A stretch of DNA of 64,000 nt from Heptranchias perlo (GCF_035084215.1 NC_090334.1:55366001-55430000), one strand, 5' to 3'; counted from the stretch's first letter, positions 25,300-38,172 are shown. Numbers and translations: made by a program. Notes: generated from the sequence alone by a model not told the origin.

Positions 25300-26610
25300 T
25301 CCACATTAGGTCAGCAAGGACTGGAGCAAAGCTGAGCATAATATGAGTGGCTGAATTTTGGACAAGTTTGGAGCTTATGGAGAATGGAAGACCAACAAGG
25401 AGCACATGAAGGAAATTCATTCTGAACGAATGGCCAAGGAAAGGTTTGAAGTGGCAAGGGATTGGAGATTGTGGCAGATACCTACAGGTGATGGCTTTGG
25501 TCAGTATGAGGACGTTTTAACTCATCCTGGACAATGTCAATTTGGCAATCCAACGGCACAGTATTGGGAAGAGGTAGAGCTTTGTAGTTGCAGAGTAGTT
25601 GAGGACAAAGAGGGGTAACACATCACAGGCACAGAAAATGCCATTTGTGACTTTATCCAGGGTAGTCTTGATGCTGCACAAAACGTGGAAGCAATGTTGA
25701 ATGGAATTGAATAGGGAAAGTTGAGCATGGTGCTGGAAGACAATACCATATTCAAGGACCTTGGAAAAGAAAGGGAGTTTGGTGGTGGGGTGACAGTTCA
25801 TGGTGCTGGAAGACAATACCATATTCAAGGACCTTGGAAAAGAAAGGGAGTTTGGTGGTGGGGTGACAGTTTCTGGAGTTTAGATGAGTCAGGTGTTTTT
25901 TTTGAAGGATGGAGTGATGACAGTTTTGAAAGGAGGAGAGACAATGCCCGAAGAGGTGGTAGCCGCAGAGGATAGCTCAACCAATGATGGATTTTTTTTT
26001 AGGAATAAGGTGATTATGGTGGTTTTGAAAGGGAGGTAGACAATACCTGACACAAGGAATCCATTAACGATATCAGTTTCTATGGAAGCCAGGAATTGAA
26101 TGATAAGTGGATCAAGGCACCAGTAGGTGAGTCTTGTGGTAGACATGAACATAGAGGGCCAAAAAATCTATGATTGGTTGAGCTGTCCTCTGCAGCTACC
26201 ACCACTTTGGGCATTGTCTCACCTCCTTTCAAAACTCATCAATCCGTTCTTCAAAAAACACTTGACTCATCTATCCTCTAGAAACTATCACCCCATCACC
26301 AACCTCCCTTTCCTTTCCAAGGTCCTTGAACGTGGTATTGTCTCCCAGCACCATGCCCAACTTTCCCTATTCAATTCAATTCCATGTTGCTTCCACGTTT
26401 TGTGCAGCATCAAGACTACCCTGGCTAAAGTCACAAATGGCATTTTCCGTGCCTGTGATGTAGAGGATTGGAGATGAACAAGTGGAAAGGTGAGGGAGAT
26501 GAGTTGGAGGGGAGAAACCAGCAGCAACAGCTAACTGGATGGCCTTTATCTCAGAGACAAAGAAGTCCATGAGCTATTTGCACCTGGCTTTTGAGGTGAT
26601 GGAGCTGCTG
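25300..26610 (-). mobile_element. Old L2-type LINE remnant with internal tandem and inverted duplications
   Basis: Peptide NYHPITNLPFLSKVLE is typical of L2 ORF2; see the fold-back finding. Confidence 0.7.
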
Positions 26611-28094
26611 GGCCATTCCAGTGATATTACAGATGGAAAACATCTTTGTGCATCTCTTATAGGAAACTATTAAGAAAATCTGTTTCCATAGGTAGTATAC
26701 TGGTATCTTGAGGTCCCAAAGGTCTCATTTTGATCTGAAGTTATTGTCCCTGCTGTTTCCTGTGCAGTCAATCTGGAACAAGGAGGTGCTCCTTATAGGC
26801 AATGGCACTAGACTGGCATAGCAGCAAGGACAATCTCACTCACCCCTCTCCATGTGGGCAATAAAGTAGATGTTATGAAAACATTAAATATTGTCAGTAT
26901 TTCTCTTAGAGAATGAGTGAATACTTTGAACAGAAAGTACTTCCTCATAACTCCTCTTCCTTTAAAATGAATGACTGATGTACAATTTTTAATAGTTGCA
27001 TTGATGTGATGCTCAAAATGCAGTTAGTATACAAGGGAGAAAAGTGGCAAGTGGTTAAAGATAGTTGCAGTTGAATTAAAGAAAAGTTTAAGTCAATTTT
27101 AAAACATGTTGAGAATACAGTATCATTACATAAAAATGCTTTCTTGATCCTTTTATTTGATGTGACTGTACACTGAAATACAAAAAAAAAAGTTACAACC
27201 AAGGCTTTTGCTTTAAACAGTGGACAGTTTCAGGGGAGTAACAGTATCTCAAACTGCCACGAGGCAACATTTGTTAAGTCAGCTGAACCCTATTAATTCC
27301 AGCTACTGGGAAAAACAGACATGCTGGTTTTCTGGATGCTATTACCAACATTTGACTGAAAAAGTTGCATTGTTGTCTGACTTATTAACAGATTTGTGCT
27401 TTAAAAAGGAAACTGAACAGTATAGTCACTAAGATTTCAATACAGTGTATTGGTGAGTGGGTGTCATTTTCACAGCCACTCTGCTGAAGTTATAGTAAAA
27501 CACCTAAACAATGGTGGGAGTGTGAAATTTTCATACTATTTCCACTTGAACTTTGAAAAACACCCAGCACTAATTGTAGTCTTTACTTTTTCATATCTGT
27601 GTATTGTATGGAGAGAGCATTTTGAGCTATATAACACTAGAGTGAAGTATTTTTAGTTGCAGGTTTGTCATTTGTGGCAGAAGCAACTTGGGTGAAAATC
27701 ACATTAGTATATCACACATTAAGGCATATTACCATTTCTCTTATAGTACCAATACACCAAAAGAGCAGAGTGACAACACTGAGCTAAACAAGGCTCATCT
27801 GTAAAATAAACTGAACAATGATAACAGAACTTTAAAAACTACAGCACCAACATAAAATGAGCACCTTTGGCTTCTTACAGTTGCATACACCTTTTCTTCT
27901 CCAGAACATACATTAAAGTCAATAATGAGTATGTTAACTCTTCCTACAAGGGCTTATTTATTTTTTTAAAAAACAAAAAATTCTCTTTCCTGCCACTCTT
28001 CTTGAAAAGGCATTTAATCATGGTGGGGTACAGGTCTACAGGCACCAGTAACCCTCAGTATCTCATTCTTCAAGTGCAAGTGCCAACAGGCTAT

Positions 28095-28378
28095 ATATAA
28101 CTGTGGGCAGCACATAGCCAAGATGATCCTCTTAGCCAACATCATCAAATTAATTTTACAGCGTGGTCACTGGATAGTGATCAGGAATGGGAACCCGGGC
28201 TGATTTTTCCTCTCCCTAACCCAAAGGGATGCTGAAACCAATTGCAGCACCCCTACTGCAACCCTGGCTGAGATCAGCTAACTCAACACAGACCAGGTCA
28301 AACCTGGGACTTCCCTAGTCTGGAAGGCTCAATATCACACCTTATGGTGTATTTACCAACTGAGCCATCAGGGCAGCC
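28095..28378 (-). mobile_element. Ancient tRNA-derived SINE just 3' of the MGAT2 stop codon
   Basis: Minus strand GATGGCTCAGTTGG head and body shared with the copies at 8480 and 24690. Confidence 0.7.
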
Positions 28379-28493
28379 ATTTATTTTTAATCTTGAAAGT
28401 CAAGGATTGCATCCCATTGTTATGTGTTTTTATATCACGAGAAAACTAAACAACTATTGAAAACATGATCTGGCATGGAAATTTATCACATAA

Positions 28494-29798
28494 TTACTGG
28501 AGCCGGCGGTAACTTTTACAAAGTTCGTGGTCCCTAATATCTCCCCAACCTCCATTCTTCACATGTGGAGGGACTGCAGCCAATGGATACATTTTACTTA
28601 TTGCCATGGTTTCTGGAAACAAGTGCTGTATGTTGCTACTTATAATTCTGTCAATTTTAGAAATTTCAACAGATGGCATGCAAGCTTTCTTGTGATGCAT
28701 ACCACAATCACCAGCATGGAAAATACGAGGAGCTTCACAAACCATTACTTTCCAAAACCTAGGCAGACAGGATATTGTTAAATACTGTAGTGTCCAGTCC
28801 CAGTTGTAGTCATCATATTCACAGAAAGTATCTGTGCACTCTATCATTTTCTGGTATGTGTCTCTCATCATAGCCATGCCCATGTTGTGTTCTGTTGATC
28901 GCCAGGTTTTCACTTCCACTTTATTTGTTTTATCTGTGAAATCACTGACACGTGCATACGTACCAAGGGACAGTAAGTCACAGTCAGGACAACTTTCAGT
29001 CTTCAGACTCCACATATTTTTCAAGACATGATAGAAATCAGGTGACAAATAATGGTCCTCTTCAATGAAAAGTACCAAACCCTTATGATTTTCCAAAACG
29101 TTTACCCTTTCCCAAACAAAATGCATCTTCCACCACCAGTGATGTTTGGTCTGACAGAATTTCGACTCCCTATAATGGCCGAATGAATCTGGATATTCAG
29201 CATTGATACAGCCCAATTTTAAAGCATTTGTCTTACTTATGTCACGTGAACAGTCTTTAGGATCGTGTCCTGGGAATTCGTTGGGATACAACTGGGTACT
29301 GAATGGAAAAAATATTTGCAACACTTGGCAGAAATCGATGCTAGCTACGATGTTATTGATCTGCGGAGACCAGAAGTCATGGCTGAATATTAACAAGACA
29401 TTTTCTATTCCTTTGGCTTTTCTGAGCGAATTCACAAGTATCTGCAGGTATTCTGGTCTGTTATGTACTTGAATCACCACCACCAAATCGTCTTGAGGAC
29501 GTGTCTTTACAGTCTCCTGGTTTTTGATAGTCTGATCAAAGTTCAACTGGTAAACGACCCCGCGGTAAACTAGAGTCAAGTTGTCGACCTCTGGCCTCTC
29601 ATACTTGCCCAGCTGAGACTCGTTGGAAACTTTCCTGATCAAGTTCCCGTTGCCAGCTCGCATGTATCTCGAAGTTTCATCGTCCCTCGGAAGCGCTTCG
29701 TTTTTTCTTTGCTTTCCGCCGGTCCAAAAGGCAAAGGCGGCGACCAGCATGATGAACGCCAGGAGAAACACTTTCCTCTTGTAGATACGAAACCTCAT
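28494..29798 (-). CDS. MGAT2: Alpha-1,6-mannosyl-glycoprotein 2-beta-N-acetylglucosaminyltransferase (GnT-II), intronless, 434 aa
   Basis: Starts MRFRIYKRK followed by a TM segment; motifs VQVHNRPEYL-like, KHHWWWK, EEDH, YDDYNWDW and NGGWGDIRDHELC. Confidence 0.98.
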   Translation of the reverse strand: MRFRIYKRKVFLLAFIMLVAAFAFWTGGKQRKNEALPRDDETSRYMRAGNGNLIRKVSNESQLGKYERPEVDNLTLVYRGVVYQLNFDQTIKNQETVKTRPQDDLVVVIQVHNRPEYLQILVNSLRKAKGIENVLLIFSHDFWSPQINNIVASIDFCQVLQIFFPFSTQLYPNEFPGHDPKDCSRDISKTNALKLGCINAEYPDSFGHYRESKFCQTKHHWWWKMHFVWERVNVLENHKGLVLFIEEDHYLSPDFYHVLKNMWSLKTESCPDCDLLSLGTYARVSDFTDKTNKVEVKTWRSTEHNMGMAMMRDTYQKMIECTDTFCEYDDYNWDWTLQYLTISCLPRFWKVMVCEAPRIFHAGDCGMHHKKACMPSVEISKIDRIISSNIQHLFPETMAISKMYPLAAVPPHVKNGGWGDIRDHELCKSYRRLQ

Positions 29799-29799
29799 G

Positions 29800-30680
29800 T
29801 TCACCGGCGAGGAAGCGACCTCTTTTTACTAAAACTGAGCAAAACAGGGGGTGGGTTGGGGGCGATGATAATAAAAAGAGACGGACTCGCGGAAGTCCCG
29901 ATTTTTTTTGGGGGGGGGGGGGGGGAGGAAATAAAACTTCCAATTTAAAAAAAATGGCTATTATCGCCACAGATCCATCACTTGAATAACGCCAAACAGG
30001 CTGCGTTCGCACACTGGAGCATTTCCAACCAGCACAGCCTCTCCTCAGCAACAAGCCGCAGCAGTTCACACCAGGCCCAGGTGTCCGGATAGGCGACGGG
30101 CAGCAGTCACTAGAAGCCCGAGCTGCCTGGCAGTCCCTCTCCTTCTCCTTCTCCTCCTTCTCTCCCCCTACCCACCAACAACAGATCCCGGAAGAAAACT
30201 GAAGGCAGCGCGGCGAGTGAGTGGAGGATATCCGTTACTGGAGAGTGTGTGTGTGTCCGCCCTCCCCTCCAGTCCAGTCCAGTCAGCGTGCGCTGGCGCT
30301 TCGCCCCACCATCCGCTCCGCCTCACATTTAAATCGACACCAACGTTCTTCCTGCCAACGTCTCCCCGCACCTCGCGACCTGTCCTGTCCTGCCCGGCCC
30401 GGCCCGCCGCCTCCACTCATCAACCGACCTTGAGCCCGCCCACGCACGCACGCCAATTGGTTCGTTGCCCGGTTACTTGAGCGTGCGCTTGACACAGGGC
30501 TAGTTCTGTACGGCCAGCTCAACTGTCCATCACCACCCGCCTGGCGCCCATTCGTGCTTCTGTGCACCAAAGGCGTCGCACCTAAAATTACTGAGACGCT
30601 GACATATGACGTCAGCGCTTCATCGAAGCAATGTTGTGGCCGCCTTCTGTTTACTGCAGTTATACCGACTGGGCATTTTA
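29800..30680 (-). promoter_or_regulatory. MGAT2 CpG island (5' UTR and promoter)
   Basis: High CpG density, GC boxes (CCGCCC), overlapping CCAAT/ATTGG at ~30453-30460 and TGACGTCA at 30607-30614. Confidence 0.75.
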
Positions 30681-31739
30681 CTATTTTGGGTCTGCTGATA
30701 CTAACTGTTGCATGTTTAGGGATCTCCGTCTTCTCTGAAATCTCATCTTTCTGGCTGGCTGACCTGTTTCCTCGCCTCCAAATGGCAAATGTGCAAGAGG
30801 AGTGAATTTTCCCTCTTTCTGGAGGAAGGTTGTTGGTCTCAGTAGAAAACACCACCACACAAATAGAAATGCTGAAAACACAAAATTCTGTCAATCCCAT
30901 TAATAGAAAAAAGATGCCCCTTCCAAAATCGGTCTACACCCGATCCGTTTACCTGGGGAGGGTAGCCTATTTTCCTTCAATTTGTTGGTCTGGTTCTATT
31001 TAAATTTTAAAGTTTTTTTTCGCCCTTTTCCAATTCCCCTGCCTTTTTTCTTGTCTGGGTCTTTCCCAAGCCTTTTCACTGTCTTCGATATTTGTACATT
31101 CCTTCGGTTTTTTTTGTATTTTCATTACCTCAGATTATCTAATTGTTCCCTGCATTTCTATTAAGCAATTTGCAGGTTATTGAACCCATTAACCTCCTTC
31201 CTATGATTTGGAGTATCTCTTGGTTCTTTTCACCCATCTCCCCTTTTTCCAACACTATTAAAATTATCTTTCAGTTTTCAGTTCTGATAATGGGTTGCAC
31301 TTGAAATGTTAGAATTTTTACAGATGCGGTCAGATTTGTAGTGCATTTTCTGTTTTGGCTATTGCTTAGCCACATTTTAAAGTTTATAGAAGGAAGAAAA
31401 AAATTGTTATAGCCTCACTTTAGTTTCCTGTATTGATTCAAAAACTTCCACAAGTACCAGGGTCAACGTTTTATACGTCATTTCCTCCCCAAGGAATTCT
31501 CTCCCAAAATAATCATCTGGGACCTTGCCCCTTGTTGACGTCAGTTTAAATGCAGATATCGGATACTGAAGTGCAGCTGCAGCAATTGTGTTTGTTTCAA
31601 AAATTTTGAAATCTGTTTTAAGCGCTAGCAACCTATGTTGAAACAGTTGGAGCAAGTTCTAGCTTGCCTGTTGGCACCTTAGTACAAATGATCTAGTTCT
31701 TCTTGTGCTCTCAGGAAACAAAGTTAATTTCACGAGACA

Positions 31740-31895
31740 GCAACTATGGAGAAAGTTAACGTTTGAGTTCAGGCAAAAGGTCTTCGACCTGAAACGGTAA
31801 CTTTTTTTCTCCATAGAAGGTGCCTCACTTGCTGAGCTTTTCCAGCATTTTGATTTTATTTCAGATTTCTAGCATCCGTAGAATTTTGCATTTAA
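31740..31895 (+). mobile_element. Short Penelope-like/fold-back interspersed repeat fragment
   Basis: Shares GACCTGAAAC...TTTCTCCA...TGCTGAG...CCAGCATTTT with 31270-31360 and 59850-59950. Confidence 0.5.
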
Positions 31896-32069
31896 TTTCA
31901 TGAGACACTTTGTTGCTGTTGTCTTTGCCTGCTATGCTACCTAATATACAAAGAAAATTACAGATGTGCTATTGGCCATCCCCTTTGGGGTTCCAGGTTA
32001 GCCATATTAAATGAATTTAGGAGGCCTGGATGAGCAATATGAATTGCCATTTTGTCCAGTTTATTTTTT

Positions 32070-32570
32070 TAAATTCTCGGATGTGCATGTCACTGGCAAG
32101 GCTGGCATTTATCTCATCCTAAGTTGCCCTGAGGTGATGGTGGGCCTTCTTGGACCGCTGCAGTCGGTGTGGTGATGGTGCTCCCAAAATGCTGTTAAAT
32201 AGGGAGTTCCAGAATTCTGACCCAGCGACAATGAGGCAACAGCGATATATGTCCAAGTCAAGATGGTGCGTGATTTGAAGGGGAACAGAGGTGATATTGT
32301 TTTCATGCACCTGCCGCCCTTGTCCCTCTAAGCGGTGGGGGTCGGGGGTTTGGGAGGTGCTGCCGAAGAAGCCTTGGCAAGTTGCTTATAGTGCATCCTG
32401 TAGATAGTTAACACTGCCGCCAATGGCTCGCAGGTGGCGAAGGGGTGGATGTTTAGGCTAGTCGATGAGGTGCTGATCAAGTATACTGCTTTGTCCTGGA
32501 TGGTGTCGAGTTTCATGAGTACTGTTGCAGTTGTACCCATCCAGGCAAGTGGAGATTATTCAACCACAGC
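32070..32570 (-). mobile_element. Older copy of the LINE 3' end found at 860-2129
   Basis: Peptide KLDTIQDKA and a matching 3' UTR. Confidence 0.85.
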
Positions 32571-33669
32571 CTTACTCACATTGTGGTGAAGGTGGAGATG
32601 GCAAAGCTTCACACATACGTACTGAAAAACACGTCTGGAGAGCTGCTCTTGGGCCTACTACCAGTATGATTTTTAAAATTATTTAAATTGCTGAAAATAG
32701 ATGGTCAGCTGATTTTAATTATAACAGTAGTGAGCCACCAGAATGTTTTTTAAACTTTAAAAGCTTAACTTCTCGCAGGGCTATGAACCAGCTGCTTTTA
32801 TACATTGGGTAACGATCATCCTTACCAGTTTAAGATCACTCTTCAAAATGATTTCTGACTGATGATATGTCAAAAACACTTTTTCCTATAGTTACCAGAT
32901 GTGATTCAGTTACAAGTATTAAAATCGGTGTCTGTCACGTCTTCTATTAAAAGGCCTTATGTAAACACATCCTAAGTGGGTGTGCATGTTAAATGTATCC
33001 ACGCCTACCTGTTATGTTTGTATATCACCCTTTTGCCAGCGACATCTTTAAGTAAAGCTTGAACAGGATTTCCTCTGGCCATTGGGTGGCACTAGAGTAA
33101 TCTCCCTCTCCTACCCCACTTTCAAGCTAGATTCTGCCATGTTTTACACGGTGCCAGGTAACTGAGGTGGGAGATAATAATATTACATTTTAGATGCACT
33201 CTAAATAATAAATATGCTCTCCCAATACATTTTTTCATAAACTAATTTCCCCATGTTGGGCCCGCTCCGTCCGTCCACCCACGCTTGCTCAGACTATTGG
33301 TAATGCGGCAGTGTGAGATCCGAGACACAAATTTTAAATGACCTCTCAATGTGGAATTTCCTCTACTCTATCCATCCTTGCTGGAAAATAATTTTTTCCA
33401 TTAAAATTTCGGTCATTCATCTGGCGTGCTCTCCCGCTCACTGGCCCGTATGTGTCCGCCCCCTGCTTAAGTTGCCTGTGAAATATCTTGCACTGCCAGT
33501 GAATCTTAGAGAAAATGACGCAAAAATCGAACATGAGCACTAAAAAGAGCTAATTCTATAACATAATACCCAGTATAATTCATAACTGAAGTCAGAGATA
33601 AGGCAATTATATAATATTGGGCTCAGAGAGGTAATTCTCTAATATCTATATCTTATTAAAAATCTTCCT

Positions 33670-34960
33670 TCAAGTAGAGTAAACACGGCCTTGTGAAAGG
33701 GAAATCGTGTTTGACTAATTTATTAGAGTTCTTTGAGGAAGTAACAAGCAGTGTGGATAAAGGGGATCCTGTGGATGTGGTGTACATTTCCAGAAGGCAT
33801 TTGACAAGTTGCCACATCAAAGGCACAAAATAAGAGCTCATGGTGTAGGGGGTAATATATTAGCATGGATTAAAGGATTGGTTGGCTAACAGGAAACAGA
33901 GAGTAGGCATAAATGGGTCATTTTCAGGTTGGCAAGATGTAACGAGTGGAGTGCCACAGGGATCAGTGCTTGGGCCTCAACTATTTCCATCCACATCAAT
34001 GATGTGAATGAAGGGACCGAATGTATGGTTGCTAAATTTACTGATGTCACAAAGGTAGGTAGGAAAGTAAGTTGTGAAGAGGACATAAGGAGTCTGCAAA
34101 GGGATATAGATAGGTTAAGTGAGTGGGCAAAAATTTGACAGATGGAGTATAATGTGGGAAAATGTGAACTTGTCTACTTTGGCAGGAGGAATAGAAAAGC
34201 AGTATATTATTTAAGTGGAGAGAGATTGCAGAGCTCTGAGGTACAGGGAGATCTGGGTGTCCTAGTACATGAATCACAAAAAAGTTAGTATGCAGGTACA
34301 GCAAGTGATTAGGAAGGCAAATGGAATGTTGTCATTTATTGCAAGGGGAATGGAATATAAAAGTAGAGATGTTTTGCTACAGTTGTACAGGGCATTGGTG
34401 AGACCACATCTAGAACACTGTGCAGTTTTGGTCTCCTTATTTAAGAACATAATTGCTTTAGAGGCAGTTCAGAGACAGTTCACTCGACTGATTCCTTGGA
34501 TGAGGGGATTATCTTATGAGGAAAGGTTGGACAAGTTGGGCCTGTATACATTGGAGTTTAGAAGAATGAGAGGTGATCTTATTGAAACATAAGATCCTGA
34601 GGGGACTTGAAGGGGTAGATGCTGAGAGGATGTTTCCCCTTGTGGGAGAGACTAGAACTAGGGACATAGTTTAAAAATAAAGGGTCTCCCATTTAAGACA
34701 GAAATGAGGAGAATTTTTTTCTCTCAGAGGGTCGTGAGTCTGTGGAACTCCCTACCCCAGGGAGCGGTGGAGGGTGGGTCATTGAATATTTTTAAGACTG
34801 AGTTAGATAGATTCCTGATTAACAAGGGAATCAAAGGTTAGAGTAGGTAGATGCGAAAGTAGGGTAGAGGTCACAATCAGATCAGCCATGATCTTATCAA
34901 ATGGCAGAGCGGGCTCGAGGGGCCGAATTGCCTACTCCTGCTTTTAATTTGTATGTTCTG
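33670..34960 (+). mobile_element. 5'-truncated CR1 LINE, frameshifted
   Basis: RT-region peptides (AKFTD, LVRPHLEH, RRMRGDLIET) and a CR1 3' UTR. Confidence 0.92.
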
Positions 34961-36262
34961 CAGGCCCTGGTCCAGTTATTCCACCCCACCCCACACCTCA
35001 ACCCTGTTTCACCTGAATATTGATTAGTTGTGTACAGCACCATGGGAGATCGACTAATAAGTGAATAAAATTGGTAATACAAAGCATGAGTGGTCTCGAG
35101 ACAACAAACACTGATTAAAGCATGGATACACTGTCATATGTGACAGATGTAACTTGTCACAAACATATTGATGTTTTTGACAGGAAATGGTGCCTCAGGT
35201 GTGTAACTTGTGGTTGAAAATCTCACAACTAGGATCTGTGCAGTGTTGACAGCGTTGATAGTGAAACAAGTCATTCCATTGGTCAAATGCAGAGAAGCAC
35301 TGACTCACATAACAAAATCACATGCTACAATTATAATTTAACCACAGGTGCTGTTCAAACTGGAAATTACAGAGTATTTGATGTCTTGAAACTAGGCCTA
35401 CTAACATCATTCATTAAATTCTCAATACATTTAAATTGCAAGAAGCAACATATTTCCCCTTTATAGAAAATCATTTTTGGTGCTAAAACTGATGTGAAAT
35501 ACAGAATTTCAAAAATAATTACAATTTTAAAGTTTCCAAGAATGTACCATATTATAATTTGTCCTAATATTGGTCTGTTTGGTATAATTTTAAGAGGACA
35601 ACGCAGAATTATTACATTAATTTTTATTAAATATAAATGAAAATACCACATTGGAACAAATTCCTTATACATTACAGTCTTGTCAATAAAAAAAAGACAA
35701 CTGTATACATCAGGTTTAAACGCTGCTGTAGGAAAATGAGACAGCCAGTGATCTATATACGCTGAATACTGCTGTGCTCCTTTGTAAAAACTTTAGCTAT
35801 GAGTGACTTAATCTATACACAGTCCACTTAAATGTGATTCTTAAAAAAGTATTGCAAGCAGTTTGAAACACTAATATAAGTTTACCATTTTTAAAATTTT
35901 ATAACAGAGGTCAAAACAGGCTTAACAAAAGTGTCCCAAGATTACAAAATATAGTACCTAAACTGCTGAACATCATTTCAACTCAGACTTAAAATGTAAA
36001 CTTTTTAAAGTTAAAAGTTTTGTCCCAACAAGACTGCAAAGCCACTCGCTGATTTGGAGTCCAAATAGTTTGCAGTGGTGTTCTTTACAATGTACATTTT
36101 GTTCAACTTCATTCACCACAGGAGTATGTACCTATGTTGGATAAACAGCCATCATGTACATTGAGGTTTTTGCTAATCTCTTAAATCAATACCAATTCCT
36201 AAAATTAATACATCTGAGATATATTCTGCAACCTACCATTTAGCTACAGTATTTCACACTGA

Positions 36263-36515
36263 TCATCTGTTGCGTTGTTGATACTTGTCAAGGAACTCTG
36301 AGTAACAAGTTAACGAACAGAAGTAACAGAGAATTGGGGCCTCTGTGCCACCCATGTTGTCCACAAGGACCACAGTATGGGAGACCTGGTGTAAGTTCAG
36401 ATTTACAACCACTTGAATGAAAGAGTTCAGGCAAGGTCTTCTGCAAAGGCATGTTTTAGTCAAATCCAGATCTTGACATAGGTGAGCTGGAAGGATATGT
36501 GGTCCATAAGCAATT
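36263..36515 (-). CDS. LRR1: Leucine-rich repeat protein 1, exon 4 (terminal)
   Basis: (T)nCCTGTAAAG| acceptor; encodes IAYGPHILPAHLCQDLD...VVLVDNMGGTEAPILCYFCSLTCY...*. Confidence 0.93.
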
Positions 36516-37444
36516 CTTTACAGGAAAAAAAAATGTGATTAGTTAAAAAGGTAAAACATTAAAAGAGCTTAAGCGCTATACACAATGCAAATTAACCAAG
36601 TCTCAAACAACACCATGCACCCAAAGCCATAACTGGACTCCAAGTCAGGCCATTTAGTTGACAGGTATAATTAACAGTGCAGTGAATAAGTCACTAAAAG
36701 CTGAATACAACACTTATTCTGAGCTTACACATATTGTTACACATTTACATAATAGGATGCAGGGTGCTACTGAGTTAGCAAACTACTGAAGCAACTGATC
36801 ATTATCATGTGTCATTTTTGCTTTCTGTATTTTTTTTACAAAAAATATATTTTGTGGCAGCTCAGTATCTGTACCATTTGAAAGTCAGGTTCCCATCCAA
36901 AGCTTGGGTTTGAATCTAAGCTTTCCCCAACATTCAAACTCACCTACCCTCATTTCAGCCTCACCAGTTTACTGCCACACAGCATTCACATTGGGCATGG
37001 AGAGCAAGGGAGAAACCAACAATTTTCAATGTAAAAATGCCCTTACAGTTTGGCAGTGCCTACTAAAGTCCCGACGCTAGGAGCTTCAACAGCTCAGATG
37101 GTCAATGCACTTCCTGGCGTGACACCAGAAGGAAGATCCCAGGTGAAGAGATGTAACAGAATTCTCTGTGAATCATTAGGTTGCAATTCAACAGGAGAGA
37201 GCAGCTCAAAAACAATACGTTTATCTCTGTAGTTTGATGTTCTCCCTCTGTGTTGCAATAATCTGAAAGTGTATCAATCCAGTACTTGGCTAAGTATAAG
37301 GGAAACGCATTTATATTGTGGCTACCTCTTACTAAATCTGCAGACTTGAAACCAAGTGATGCAGCTGCTAGGCTAATGGGCTGGCCCATTATTAAATCCT
37401 AATACCTACTGCATCTATTTTTTATTTATGTTAAAATCCCTTAC

Positions 37445-38172
37445 CTGTAGTTTACCATTGCTCTTGCTGCAGTCTCCAACAGGGTCATTGGAATCTGCAG
37501 CTGAATTGTCGGAGCCAGAGGATTAGGCTGTTCAAAAAGGTTCCCAAATAGATCCACATTTTCAAGGCACAACCTCTGGAAATCACATGGAAGATAAGGC
37601 AATTTGTTGCGCGCTGCTGAGATGAAGCGCAGTTTAGTTAGCTGTCCAATCCTGCAAGGAAGCCGGAGTAACTCATTGTCATCAAGTTTTAGATGAATGA
37701 GTTCTTGAAGTTGACAGAACTGAACAGGCAGAGCACGTAATCTGTTGTGGCTCAAATCCAAAAACTGCAGAGATTTCTGCAATGTGGAGCTACACAATGC
37801 AACACTAAATGTCTCCAAGTGGTTATTGTGTAAAACAAGCTCAGACAGACAAGCAAGATCCCCAATGGTAGCTGGAAGTTTGCGTATGTGGTTATTGCTA
37901 AGGTCCAGCTTTCGCAGTTTTCGAAGGCAAAGCATGCGCATGTCCACACGTGCTAGTTTGCAGTAGGACACCTGCAGAAATTCTAGAGAGTAAGGGAAGT
38001 TTGTAGTGAGAGGATAATCCTTTCTAGATGTGATTACCATTTTGGTTTTTGGCTTTTCAACCTCAGAGGTCTTAGCTGGAGCCAGGTTGGACAATGGTAT
38101 AGTGTCTATTTCACTACCTCGGTGAGCCAGCCTTAAAGCAGAAAGGAAGTTCTTCAAATTATTGACATCTGC
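37445..38172 (-). CDS. LRR1: LRR1 exon 3 (LRR repeats and BC/cullin-box start)
   Basis: AACAG|...AG|GTAAGG; encodes FPYSLE, VDMRMLCL, LDLSNNHIRKLPATIGDL and TLLETAAR. Confidence 0.96.

Noticed and set aside
29799-29804. ORF-track start of MGAT2
   Set aside because: It is a GTG codon; the conserved MRFRIYKRK start is the ATG at 29798.
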